A stretch of 63,391 bases of DNA, the filler included, from Octopus bimaculoides (taxonomy: Eukaryota), in NCBI RefSeq assembly GCF_001194135.2. It is 6 parts of 6 records of this genome, joined end to end, with 100 filler letters (N's around TTAATTAATTAA, not from the genome) between each part and the next. Parts side by side here need not be neighbours in the genome. Positions count along the whole stretch, not along the records: positions 1 to 23,306 come from NC_068989.1; positions 23,407 to 34,235 come from NC_068981.1; 4 more parts are not named here. One strand, 5' to 3'. The notes below the pieces were generated by a model. The model was not told the origin of the DNA and made no database searches. It saw nothing but the letters and a program-made list of their open reading frames with translations. Made by a program: the position numbers and the translations under genes. Shown piece by piece: positions 13,755 through 25,774 of the stretch. Position 1 is the stretch's first letter, and every line of letters begins with the position of its first letter.

Positions 13755-14814
13755 GTAAGTATTTGCTTTCAGCATTTGTACATATTTACTTTTACATATT
13801 AGTTTTACGTTTTCTTCAGACATATAAATTTAATCAATTATTCCTTTGAAATGGATAAAATAACCCTCTAAGATATTATTCATTTGTCGCAGTAGAAATT
13901 ACCATAAGACTATATATCTAGTGCACACTCTTTGTATTAGCTCTGCTATCACGCTTTCTTTTCTATGTTCAAGACCTCACTGTTAATTCTCTACGCTATC
14001 AGTTCTACGCAGATGATTTTATTATTCATTAACTCCTTAACTATTCACACACTGACGTCATCCTCACACAAAATGGAAATAACACTCCATGATTGCACTA
14101 CCTGCACTTTTCTCGTTACATTTATTAAGGGAAAATGCTTAATACATTTATCAAGGGCAAAAATTGCAAAAACTGTGTCCTCTCAATTCTGAATAACACC
14201 CTACAACTCGCTACAACAGGAATATGACTATAAACTCATTTCGGACAACACATAAACCACAGTCGATACCAGGACTGGATGTAAACCATGGGAAGGAGCA
14301 GGTCAAATTTGGTGGGTCCCCTCATGCACAAGAATGAGAATTTTGGAAAATTAGCAAATTTATATCTCAAAACCCATCTGTCGCATGTACTTGTATTTGA
14401 CGAGGTAGTAGGGAAAGTTTAAATAAACGACTGAAAATGTCACTTTATAGATACACTTTTCATAATTCAAATTTTTTTTTCACACATTCACTTGCAGTGA
14501 TTTTTTCTTCATTGCGAAAAGTACAATGAAGGAAGGAAGAGGGAGTAAGACATCTTTTTTATTTAACAAATGTTTCAGAATGTAGAATACGATAAAATGA
14601 CAGAAAATTACAAAAAAAGAAAACTATATAATTTTAGTGGTTGTTATTCCACAGGTTCGATGAGTATGTTTCTGTGAGGAGAGAGACAAACATTGAAAAG
14701 ACATGAATTTTGTAAACTTTTGTCTTAAAAAAGCTTCCCTTTATTGTCTTGAAATGCATGAATAAAAGAGAAAATCCTGACAAAATTTGCGAAATTCCAA
14801 CTTATATGGAACAA

Positions 14815-15910
14815 CTATTCCGAGAGAATTCCGTTTCTCCATCAGATGACAACATACGAGTTCTGGTCTTCTCATAGCTCTTTGCAATAGCAAGAACTAG
14901 TTCTTCTGGTATACCATATGCTAAAAGGATCTTCAGTATTTTGTAACGATGGGTGCTGTCAAACCCGTTGCTGAAGTTCAGGTAGTGGTCTTGATTTAAC
15001 TCCTATAATATGCCTCAGGACTAACGTCTGAGATATTGTTGCTCTCCCTGGTCTAAGTCTATTTTGATTTGGTCTCAGGTGGCTATCAAGCACCTGTTGA
15101 ATCCTGTTGAAGATCATTCGGTTGATGACTTTGAGTGAGATATTAGACAGCGCAATTCCTCTGTAGTTAGTTTCATTGCTGAGGTTTCCTGACTTTGGGA
15201 TTGCTATCAAGCTAATCTCGGATCACTGATCTAGACTTATTTATAAAATCAAGTATTTTTTCATCCGGATGGCACATCTTGATAACTTCAGTCAATTTTT
15301 GGCACTCTGAATTCTTGCAAATGCTAGCTGGGATGCTACAAGAAGATACGCTTGCACCATATCTGTTTGTAATTGTATTGGAGAATGCAATGCATAATCC
15401 AATAGGCAACAGTGACGAAGACCTTGGTTATATCATAGACCAGCAATGATCATAGAGAGTGCCAGCAGTAACCATCACAGACCTGGACTTCACAGATGAT
15501 ACAGCACTCTTATCTAATAGATCATTCATATCTAATAGATCAAGCTCAACAGCTGTTCAGTAGAGTAGAAGCAACAGCTGCAAAGATAGGACTGCACACA
15601 AACGTCAAGAACTCGAAATATATATCTTTCAACCAATCGAGTGATACTGAACTGTTTGCTCCGAATAGTTCCAAATTAAATTTTTGCCTAAGTTTTCAAG
15701 TACTTAGGTTGTTGGGTGAGCAATTTGGAAGCAGACTTCAAGATCGGGAAGACAGAAGCATGGGCAGTTTGTCATAAACTAAAGAAAGTCTGAAACACCA
15801 AACTGCCCAGGCAAATCAAAATGAAGTTGTTCATCGCAACTGTTGAATCAGTGCTATTATATAGCAATGATATATGGACACTGACGAAGAAATTATCAAA
15901 TGGGCTAAAT
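14815..15910. mobile_element. RTE-type LINE RT fragment with an inverted 5' segment
   Basis: 14815-15365 on the minus strand encodes IAIPKSGNLS..NYRGIAL..LRPNQN..RPGRATISQ..ILLAYGIPE..VLSSDGETEF. 15366-15910 on the plus strand continues FVIVLE..EDLGY..DLDFTDDTAL..FKYLG..VESVLLY. Confidence 0.7.
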
Positions 15911-16612
15911 TGATGCTAAATTGAGGGTATCAGATGGTCGTGAGATGTACTAAAAATAACAGCTAAATAGCCTTTAAATCAGACACAAAATCTTATTTTT
16001 TGTTTTGTTTTGTTCTTTCATAGTCGTATGAATTCCCATGTGTAGAATACAAATTCGCAAAAATTTTCTGAAAATTCCAAAAACTAGAAAAACTTATGAG
16101 ATGTTACATACGCTACTTAAAGCAGAATTCCACCTAGCTCTCTTCCTGATATATTTATACACCATGCAGCTAAAGAGAAAAGATTATTGAAATTAGTCAT
16201 TACTCATTTTTCCCAGTATAGACATCAGTTTTTGAAAATTGAAAATTATCAGATTAGACATTAGTGTTGAAGAAAATTGACTTGGAATCCAACAGCAAAA
16301 AGAATTTGGGTTGTTAAACACCAACAATTATCTAGATATTTTATTAGCAATCTTAATTACAATTGGGTCAAAGATGAGGAAAAATTTCTTGAAAAGTACA
16401 TATTACCTGACTTTCAAACTGTCTCAACTGCAACAACAACTATGGTGGGTAATTTTTACTCCCACGGATGATGCAAGAGTACAAAATGGTGATGCAACGC
16501 TTGCAATGTAAGGGTTCCAGGCAGGTAATGAGAAAATAACGAGAAATTAGTAATTACTCATTTTGCCCCAGTTACCAATTTTACTCCACTCCCCTGTAGT
16601 TATTTCAAGTAC

Positions 16613-16882
16613 ATTATTTACAATTGACGGATATTTGTCCTCATCTTGTTTGTTGTTAACACAACGTTTCCGCTAGTATACCCTCCAGCCTACATCAGGT
16701 GTCTTGAGGAAATTTCGAACCTGGGTACTCATTCCTATGGTATTTTTCGATATTGTTAATATTATTCTTATTATTATTCAGATCACTGCCGGGAATCGAA
16801 CTCGAAATCTTGGGGTTAGTAGCCCGCGCTCTTAAACACTACGCTATATGCCCGTGGGCATATGGCGTAATGGTTATTGTAA
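16613..16882 (-). mobile_element. tRNA-headed short retroelement with a PLE-type hammerhead motif in the tail and an inverted partial head at its 5' end
   Basis: 11-bp direct repeat tatttcaagta at 16602-16612 and 16883-16893. Minus-strand A-box TAGCGTAGTGT (16846-16836) and B-box GTTCGATTCC (16801-16792). An AAT-rich linker leads to GACAC-CTGATGT-A-GGCTG..TAGCG-GAAAC-GTT-GTGTT (16703-16658). Confidence 0.75.
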
Positions 16883-17352
16883 TATTTCAAGTATTTGTCA
16901 AAATGACGANNNNNNNNNNNNNNNNNNNNNNNNNNNNNNNNNNNNNNNNNNNNNNNNNNNNNNNNNNNNNNNNNNNNNNNNNNNNNNNNNNNNNNNNNNN
17001 NNNNNNNNNNNNNNNNNNNNNNNNNNNNNNNNNNNNNNNNNNNNNNNNNNNNNNNNNNNNNNNNNNNNNNNNNNNNNNNNNNNNNNNNNNNNNNNNNNNN
17101 NNNNNNNNNNNNNNNNNNNNNNNNNNNNNNNNNNNNNNNNNNNNNNNNNNNNNNNNNNNNNNNNNNNNNNNNNNNNNNNNNNNNNNNNNNNNNNNNNNNN
17201 NNNNNNNNNNNNNNNNNNNNNNNNNNNNNNNNNNNNNNNNNNNNNNNNNNNNNNNNNNNNNNNNNNNNNNNNNNNNNNNNNNNNNNNNNNNNNNNNNNNN
17301 NNNNNNNNNNNNNNNNNNNNNNNNNNNNNNNNNNNNNNNNNNNNNNNNNNNN

Positions 17353-17396
<44 letters not shown>

Positions 17397-17499
17397 AACT
17401 CACACACCCACATATGAATATATTTTTTGGAGTGTTTTGTTGTTTTCGGTCAAGGACCCAAAAGGACCTACAATTAATTCCCATGAGAATTGTGGCTCC

Positions 17500-19305
17500 T
17501 TTGGGAATAAGGAACAGGTAGCAAAGTGTTTTTAATTGGTGTCACTAATGTAGTTAAATCTATGGTTATTTATCGAAAAAGGGGATGTATTACATCTTTA
17601 AGATATGTTTGCTTATTGAAAAGAGACTCTGCATGCATGATTGTTGAGAGGTGCCCCTCATTGATGCTTCATACCCTTCGTAGCAGGAGGGCCCTATATC
17701 TAGTGCTTGCTCGGGGCAATTACCCTCTTCGATCCCCAATTCGCAGATAGGTGTTGCCAACAGTCAGTAGGAGCGCAATGTATATATACTATCTCAGACT
17801 ATATGAATGGCCACGCCTGACTATCAGCCTGACTACGGTCGATTTCATAGACGTAACCTTAGACCTGAACACGGAAAAATACTACCCCTCCAGGAAGCCT
17901 AATGAAGAAACGGTACACATCCCTATACCTCAACCCACACCCCACCCCGCCGTAATTAGAAATATGGTTTCAAGTATTAGCAAACGAGTGTCTAGACTCT
18001 CAGCAAATATGGAGATGTTTAATAGGGCAGTCCCCCACTACAACGATGCTTTGGCTAGGAGCGGATTTACTGAGAAGCTCACGTATATGGATGAATCCCT
18101 AACCCCCTCCTCACCACGGGAGAGTTAGGAAAAGAAAAATAATCTGATATAGCCTCCCCCCCCCATTTAACTTAGACGTTTCTACTAACGTAGCCATGGG
18201 CTTCTTGCGTTAATACAGAAACATTTCCCCAGAGGCCATAAGTATTACAAACTCTTCAACCCCCATAATGTCATGGTNNNNNNNNNNNNNNNNNNNNNNN
18301 NNNNNNNNNNNNNNNNNNNNNNNNNNNNNNNNNNNNNNNNNNNNNNNNNNNNNNNNNNNNNNNNNNNNNNNNNNNNNNNNNNNNNNNNNNNNNNNNNNNN
18401 NNNNNNNNNNNNNNNNNNNNNNNNNNNNNNNNNNNNNNNNNNNNNNNNNNNNNNNNNNNNNNNNNNNNNNNNNNNNNNNNNNNNNNNNNNNNNNNNNNNN
18501 NNNNNNNNNNNNNNNNNNNNNNNNNNNNNNNNNNNNNNNNNNNNNNNNNNNNNNNNNNNNNNNNNNNNNNNNNNNNNNNNNNNNNNNNNNNNNNNNNNNN
18601 NNNNNNNNNNNNNNNNNNNNNNNNNNNNNNNNNNNCCTAATGAAGAAACGGTACACATCCCTATACCTCAACCCACACCCCACCCCGCCGTAATTAGAAA
18701 TATGGTTTCAAGTATTAGCAAACGAGTGTCTAGACTCTCAGCAAATATGGAGATGTTTAATAGGGCAGTCCCCCACTACAACGATGCTTTGGCTAGGAGC
18801 GGATTTACTGAGAAGCTCACGTATATGGATGAATCCCTAACCCCCTCCTCACCACGGGAGAGTTAGGAAAAGAAAAATAATCTGATATAGCCTCCCCCCC
18901 CCATTTAACTTAGACGTTTCTACTAACGTAGCCATGGGCTTCTTGCGTTAATACAGAAACATTTCCCCAGAGGCCATAAGTATTACAAACTCTTCAACCC
19001 CCATAATGTCATGGTAAGCTATTCCTGCTTAGATAACATTGCATCTAAAAGCATGCGCATCAACAGTCATAAAAACGCACACACATAACTCCCAACCCCA
19101 ACCTCCAACCTCCAAAACTCTACTATCTACCCTCTAGGAGGATCCTGCTTCTCAAGGACTGTAGTATACAGAGCCACTCATACACCATCCGATGGCATTA
19201 CTACGCACTATATGGGATCGACAGCCAATGACTTCAAGGGAAGCTACTCCCAGAATTTGCATTCCTTTAGATCCAGGGACAGAGAGAACTCCACTTCACT
19301 GTCGC
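17500..19305 (+). mobile_element. Penelope-like retroelement fragment (RT thumb, linker, GIY-YIG start)
   Basis: Translations include FIDVTLDLNTEKYYPSRKPNE, ISKRVSRLSAN..FNRAVPHYNDALARSGF and YMGSTANDFK..SFRSRDRENSTSLS. These are typical PLE RT C-terminus and GIY-YIG motifs. The element contains a gap and is cut at ~19305 by a mariner fragment. Confidence 0.75.
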
Positions 19306-19864
19306 ACAAGGTTTTCGAAAAGTTTTCATCGTTCTCGACGCAATCAAGAACTTGTGCAACTGACACCCGTGTGTCCTTTCGGTCAACTGAAAGCAGTTTT
19401 GGCACAAACTTGGCAGGCACGTGCCTCATACCCAAATCGTCAGTGAATTGAACCGTAACTAGTCTGCACATCCTCTGATAATCCACGGATGGTGATTCGA
19501 CGATCTATCCCTCAGAGCTGCACACACATCTGCGATGTTCTTCTCAGTTCTGCTGGTTACGGGTCACCCAGAACGTTCGTCAATATCGACATCTTTTTGG
19601 CCATCTTGGGACGTCTATACACCTGTGTGTGGCTCATAATCTCCACTCCATACACTTTCAGCAACTTTGCGTAGGTCTCTGAGCATGTATCGCCATGACA
19701 ACTTTTCCTGTGATGGTCAATGCGTTGATCACGCGCTACACACCTTCCTTCCAAACACTGCTGTGGGCATGCACAGCAGAGTTCAAGGTCAATCTGAGCC
19801 AAGCGGCTTTACTCTGCGTGCTTTAACTTCGTTACTATGGCAACAGTCCGGACACTTATTGATC
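19305..19864 (-). mobile_element. Mariner transposase fragment (N-terminal HTH to WVPK-like linker)
   Basis: Translations ETYAKLLKVYGVEIMSHTQVY and LGMRHVPAKFVPKLLSVDRKDTRVSVAQ. The element runs into an N gap. Confidence 0.7.
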
Positions 19865-20570
19865 NNNNNNNNNNNNNNNNNNNNNNNNNNNNNNNNNNNN
19901 NNNNNNNNNNNNNNNNNNNNNNNNNNNNNNNNNNNNNNNNNNNNNNNNNNNNNNNNNNNNNNNNNNNNNNNNNNNNNNNNNNNNNNNNNNNNNNNNNNNN
20001 NNNNNNNNNNNNNNNNNNNNNNNNNNNNNNNNNNNNNNNNNNNNNNNNNNNNNNNNNNNNNNNNNNNNNNNNNNNNNNNNNNNNNNNNNNNNNNNNNNNN
20101 NNNNNNNNNNNNNNNNNNNNNNNNNNNNNNNNNNNNNNNNNNNNNNNNNNNNNNNNNNNNNNNNNNNNNNNNNNNNNNNNNNNNNNNNNNNNNNNNNNNN
20201 NNNNNNNNNNNNNNNNNNNNNNNNNNNNNNNNNNNNNNNNNNNNNNNNNNNNNNNNNNNNNNNNNNNNNNNNNNNNNNNNNNNNNNNNNNNNNNNNNNNN
20301 NNNNNNNNNNNNNNNNNNNNNNNNNNNNNNNNNNNNNNNNNNNNNNNNNNNNNNNNNNNNNNNNNNNNNNNNNNNNNNNNNNNNNNNNNNNNNNNNNNNN
20401 NNNNNNNNNNNNNNNNNNNNNNNNNNNNNNNNNNNNNNNNNNNNNNNNNNNNNNNNNNNNNNNNNNNNNNNNNNNNNNNNNNNNNNNNNNNNNNNNNNNN
20501 NNNNNNNNNNNNNNNNNNNNNNNNNNNNNNNNNNNNNNNNNNNNNNNNNNNNNNNNNNNNNNNNNNNNNN

Positions 20571-20848
20571 NAAAGCTCCACGAGGCTCCGGTAGGTATGG
20601 TGGCGAACCCTGCTGTACTCTTTCACCACAACTTTCTCTCACTCTTACTTCCTGCTTCTGTTGTGCCTGTAATTCAAAGGGTCAGCCTTGTGACACTGTG
20701 TCACGCTGAATATCCACGAGAACTACGTTAAGGGTACACGTGTCTGTGGAGTGCTCAGCCACTTGCACGTTAATTGCACGAGCAGTCTGTTCCGTTGATC
20801 GGATCAACTGGAACCCTCGACGTCGTAAGCGACGGAGTGCGAACAACA
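20571..20848 (+). mobile_element. SINE family B copy (head lost in gap)
   Basis: Near-identical to 12780-13039. Confidence 0.85.
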
Positions 20849-21068
20849 GTTGTCAGTGAAAATGTACTCTCTATAAAATTGATTTATTTATTTTGCCTAT
20901 ACAGAAACCGGTCCACTTAAATGAACGTTGAGAGATTCTATTAACCTAATCTGCTTTTGTTTGATTTCTGTAGTTATCATGTGTATTTTTGGCGATTTAA
21001 ATAAGAGCTTTGGCTGTTATTTCTAGCAGGCAGACATACTTGGTATGTCCTTTGATTAATTTTATAAA

Positions 21069-21102
<34 letters not shown>

Positions 21103-21233
21103 GGTAATACACTAAACGTGCTTGACTCAACAGAAGGTTGGGTCAAACGAAGGTGCCTTGACTATAATTCCGTAACACGGCCGCGACTTAGAAAAGTCGA
21201 TTTTTTTCAGTCTTGAATTTTACATACTTGTGT

Positions 21234-21287
<54 letters not shown>

Positions 21288-22140
21288 GGAGTGTATGCGT
21301 GTGTGTGTGTGTTTTGTGAAAGCGATGTATGTTGTATCTGAACAAAGTCTGCCTGCTGGGGTCTGAACTGAGAGCAATCGCAAACCCCTCCTCACACACA
21401 CACTCACACACACACACACACACACACACATTCGCATGCACACAATCGTGCGCAAACAATGTAGTTTGAACTTTTGAAAACAATTAAAGGAGAATAACCT
21501 CGTAAAATTAATGTAAAACGATTCGCCTAAATGGAAACAGTATCACGTGAGACTATTAAATATAATATATACCTGCTCCTCTCCCCCACCCTTCTCCGAC
21601 CCACTTTAAATGAATCGCCGATATTCCTATCGTAGTTCAACAAAAATCACCACACCTATGCAGGTACTCAACGGACACCTCTTACAAATATAAAACATCG
21701 GAAAACTTTCGGAACGGATTAAAAACGGATCAAAAAGGAAGAAACCAGTAATTTACAAAATCACCGTCCCCTACCCATACACACTCACACAAAACACACA
21801 TGCATACATACATACATACATGCATACAAACATACATGTATATTTATATTTATCTATATACACTCACAAAAAGTATATAGACAAAGAGTCTATTGTTACC
21901 TGTCAACTTGAATGTCAATCGCTCTTGTCACTTATCTAAATATCCTCTCTCACTATCATTCTAAAATTGTTAGAATATTAATATTTATACTACCCGGATT
22001 CTTACCAAACTGATAAACTATGCACAATAGGTAGGTATCCAGTCGTTGTCTATATTTTTTAATGTTTAATTTTTTTATTATCTGTAAATATTTCAATTGT
22101 TCATTCAAAGACCTGTTTTACTATTTTGGGGTGTGAGTGT

Positions 22141-22240
22141 ATGCCTTTCTGTATGTGTGTATGCCTTTCTGTATGTGTGTATGCCTTTCTGTATGTGCGT
22201 ATGCCTTTCTGTATGTGCGTATGCCTTTCTGTATGTGTGT
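22141..22240. repeat. 20-bp minisatellite x5
   Basis: Unit atgcctttctgtatgtg(t/c)gt. Confidence 0.9.
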
Positions 22241-22624
22241 GTCAGTCTTTGTGCGTGTGCGTGTGTGTGTGTGTGTGCGAGCGCGTGCATGTGTGTACGT
22301 GTTTGTGTCTTTGTGTTTGAGTCCCCAACCACCGCTGAACAACCCGGTGTTGGTTCCTTTACATCTCCGTAAGTTAGCTGACTGAAACATAAACGGTATG
22401 TATAAGTATTTGTTTGCGTATTTAAATATGTATTCATGTATATATATATATATNNNNNNNNNNNNNNNNNNNNNNNNNNNNNNNNNNNNNNNNNNNNNNN
22501 NNNNNNNNNNNNNNNNNNNNNNNNNNNNNNNNNNNNNNNNNNNNNNNNNNNNNNNNNNNNNNNNNNNNNNNNNNNNNNNNNNNNNNNNNNNNNNNNNNNN
22601 NNNNNNNNNNNNNNNNNTATATTT

Positions 22625-22930
22625 GTGAAGGCGCGTGGTTTAGTGGTTGGGGCATTCGGCTCACGATCGTGAGTTCAATTCCCGGCGACGCGTTCTGTCC
22701 TTGAACAAGACTTTAATTCACGTTGCTCCGGTCCACTCACCTGGCAAAAATGAATAGTACCTGTATTTCAAAGGGCCAGCCTTGTCACACTCTAAATCTT
22801 CCTGAGAGCTACGTTAAGGCTACACGTGTCTGTGGAGTGCTCAGCCACTTGCACGTTAATTTCACGAGCAGGCTGTTCCGTTGATCGGATCAACTGGAAC
22901 CCTTGTCGGCGTAAGCGACGGAGTGCTCCT
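22625..22930 (+). mobile_element. SINE with a different tRNA-like head and middle but the family-B 3' body
   Basis: Head gaaggcgcgtggtttagtgg..gagttcaattccc. From ~22758 it shares tacctgtatttcaaagggccagcc..taagcgacggagtgc with 1455-1635. Confidence 0.8.
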
Positions 22931-23029
22931 TATGCGTTTATATATATGTATTTATATACATATTTGTAAATATATACATATATATATATATATACATTTG
23001 TATATATATATATACATACACATATATAT

Positions 23030-23306
23030 GTTGGCAATCCGTCGCTTACGACGACGAAGGTTCCAGTTGATCCGATCAACGGAACAGCCTGCTTGTGAAA
23101 TTAACGTGAAATTAAGTGGCTGAGCACTCCACAGACACGTATACCCTTAACGTAGTTCTCGGGGATATTCAGCGTGACACAGTGTAACAAGGCTGACCCT
23201 TTGAATTACAGGCACAACAGAAGCAGGAAGTAAGAGTGAGAGAAAGTTGTGGTGGAAGAGTACAGCAGGGTTCGCCACCATCCCCTGCCGGAGCCTCGTG
23301 AAGCTT
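23030..23306 (-). mobile_element. SINE family B copy, inverted relative to 22625-22930
   Basis: Reverse complement of 12780-13035. Confidence 0.85.
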
Positions 23307-24000
23307 NNNNNNNNNNNNNNNNNNNNNNNNNNNNNNNNNNNNNNNNNNNNTTAATTAATTAANNNNNNNNNNNNNNNNNNNNNNNNNNNNNNNNNNNNNN
23401 NNNNNNATATATATATATATATATATACATATATATATGCGTATGTTCATATATGGATATTTATGTATATATGTAACATATATATGTATGCGTGTGTGTG
23501 TGTTTGTGCGTGCGTGTAGCGTGTGACTGTGTGTGTGTGTGTGTGTGTGTTAGTCTCTGTGTGAAGTGTATGAGTGTATGTGTGTCTGCGTGCATTTGTG
23601 CGTATAGTGTGTGTGAGTGTGAGTGAGTGTGTGCGCACGTGCGTATGTATAATGAATTTCATTCGCCGTCAAGTTGGTCCGATCATACAGTGAATTTTGC
23701 AGATTGTAACTTCGTAAACTTAAAGCGAGTTTCATCTCTCACTGTAGACGCAAACATTAAGTACTGAACTGAGCAGCTCCAACTTCATGTAACCAGATTA
23801 TCAAAGTCCATCATTCGAAACGTGGAGTAGATAAAACAGGGGACAACTGATGAAGGGAATGTTCTTTATGTCTGTCTGGTTTCTCTATTTGTTTCTTTCG
23901 TTGTTCGAAAAAAAGTTCGTTTTCTATGCTTTTGTTTTTTATGTTCTCGTTTGTCATTTTGTTGACGTTTTTTTTCGATATCCTGTACCCATATATGTGT

Positions 24001-24075
<75 letters not shown>

Positions 24076-24259
24076 AATATATACACTAACATACACACAC
24101 ACACACGTATATATATATGCATACATACATATACGTATGTGTGTGTGTATTTATATACATACATATAAGTTTAATGCTATCTTATTAGTAGTGATGATAT
24201 ATTTATCATGTATACATATATAGATATGTGTTTATAGGTATATACATAGGTGTATGTAC

Positions 24260-24320
<61 letters not shown>

Positions 24321-24645
24321 CACATATGAGCATATACATATATTTATATACTCATCTACATATGTGTATTTACATATATGTCCCTGGGTAAATGGCCGAT
24401 TACATAGAAGATATATACAACTTTTATGAGGTCTATACTTTAAGGTGTAGATCTTTCGTTTTCTTCCATTTTTTTTTTACAGTGAATTGATTTTGCTTAA
24501 CCAAACCTCAATATTTTATCCTCTGGTTCCTGATGTTATTGTTGCTGTTTTTTGTTTTTTTTTCATTTTTTTTTCCCTCTTGTTATGGTTGTTTTTGTCC
24601 TTGTACCTAAAAAGGTACGATATGGTCTTTGCCGCAGGCTTTTTA

Positions 24646-24780
24646 TCACTCCTCATTCATACCTCTATGGCAGACATCAACCACAACCACTAACGCTTTC
24701 TGCCACGAAGATTTCGCCAAAGGAGTGAAGTTGCTTCCCAATCTTTCTTCCATGAAATCTATAAACACCAAAGCCAAGTT
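24646..24780 (-). CDS. Globin coding exon 3 (G7 to stop)
   Basis: Polypyrimidine acceptor ttctttgttttaatttttcag|AAC, phase 0, so it joins exon 2 in frame. Encodes NLALVFIDFMEERLGSNFTPLAKSSWQKALVVVVDVCHRGMNEE* with G helix, GH corner (LG..FT) and H-helix Trp. TGA is at 24648-24646. Intron 2 is 24781-30845. Confidence 0.93.
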   Translation of the reverse strand, partial: NLALVFIDFMEERLGSNFTPLAKSSWQKALVVVVDVCHRGMNEE

Positions 24781-24869
24781 CTGAAAAATTAAAACAAAGA
24801 ACATTATAAAAATTGTAATGACCGATATCTCCATACATTACAAGAACAAAGACAAATCTGAACAAATTG

Positions 24870-25770
24870 GTAAGGTTTGTAGCTTGGTACCTGAGGAGGC
24901 TAGTCTAAGCCAGAGGACAATGTTGTGGTGCACTAAACAGTCGAATCGATTGAACTGCTTGGATCTAGTTCGGTACGGATAGGAAATAGGATAAGGTACA
25001 AGCAGAGTGTTATTATCCCCCAGAATTCGAATGAGAGGAAGTTGTCTCTGAAAGTTTGAGATGAGATGGAAAATGCTTATATCTATTCTGTCATAATTTA
25101 CCGTCTGACCATCGTGTCTTGTTGCAGTTCCCGTATAGGACAGACGAATGATTACTATTTCGCTTTCGCCCACAGGGAATGGATGAATAGACACTGTTCA
25201 TGAGGTCCATCAACTGCTGGTGCTTCTTGGAAGACGAGATTGGAATACTATAGCTGCTGAAGCACAAACAAGCGCAGAAGTTGCGCCACTTGCAGAGATT
25301 CCTGGACGGTGAGCAGGTGTGATCTCTGTTTATAAATCACGTTTTCTATAGCTCTTCTCTTTGACGAAGCTGCAGACTTGTGACAGAAGAGAATGACTGG
25401 ACCCCTGACACTTGGAATATCGTTAAGCGTTCAGTGTCCTCTGTCTGCTGGGCAATGTGGTCAATAGAAGTTCTATTGCACCAATAATTCAAGATGAAGA
25501 TGACATCCTCAGGGAAGCTGTAGGCGTCAAAACGAAGACGGACTGGCTTGTCTATTCTGGTTGAGGACTAATATAGGTAACTTCTAGAAATCATCAACCT
25601 AGCAGTACTACTGAAGGTCGATACGGATTCGAGATAAACTCTACGGGTGTGGAAGTTCCCTCCAGGTGAAACTATCCGAAATTAGACAAGAACTACGAAA
25701 CTGTACTGCACTCACTCTTGTGATGTTCGAGTTTTACGGAATTGTGGGATTATGTGGATTATGTCGAACA
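24870..25770 (+). mobile_element. L1/Tx1-type ORF2 post-RT fragment inside globin intron 2
   Basis: Decayed RKLSLKV..NAYIYSVIIYRLT..LRHLQRFLDGEQV, homologous to 35900-36300. Confidence 0.6.
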
Positions 25771-25774
25771 GGTG

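Noticed and set aside
17924-19020. Exact direct duplication of Penelope sequence on both sides of a gap
   Set aside because: Identical copies flanking an N run indicate unmerged contig overlap. The same applies to ~54945-55114 versus ~55540-55700 and ~10942-10992 versus ~11004-11050.
23351-23362. Recurrent island TTAATTAATTAA inside N runs (also ~34280, ~54533, ~58828, ~61220)
   Set aside because: It is identical each time, centred in gaps and contains stops in all frames, so it is a scaffolding spacer rather than biology.
23810-23860. GAAAC..GTA..CTGATGA arrangement suggestive of a permuted hammerhead
   Set aside because: Stems I, II and III cannot be paired in register with the core.
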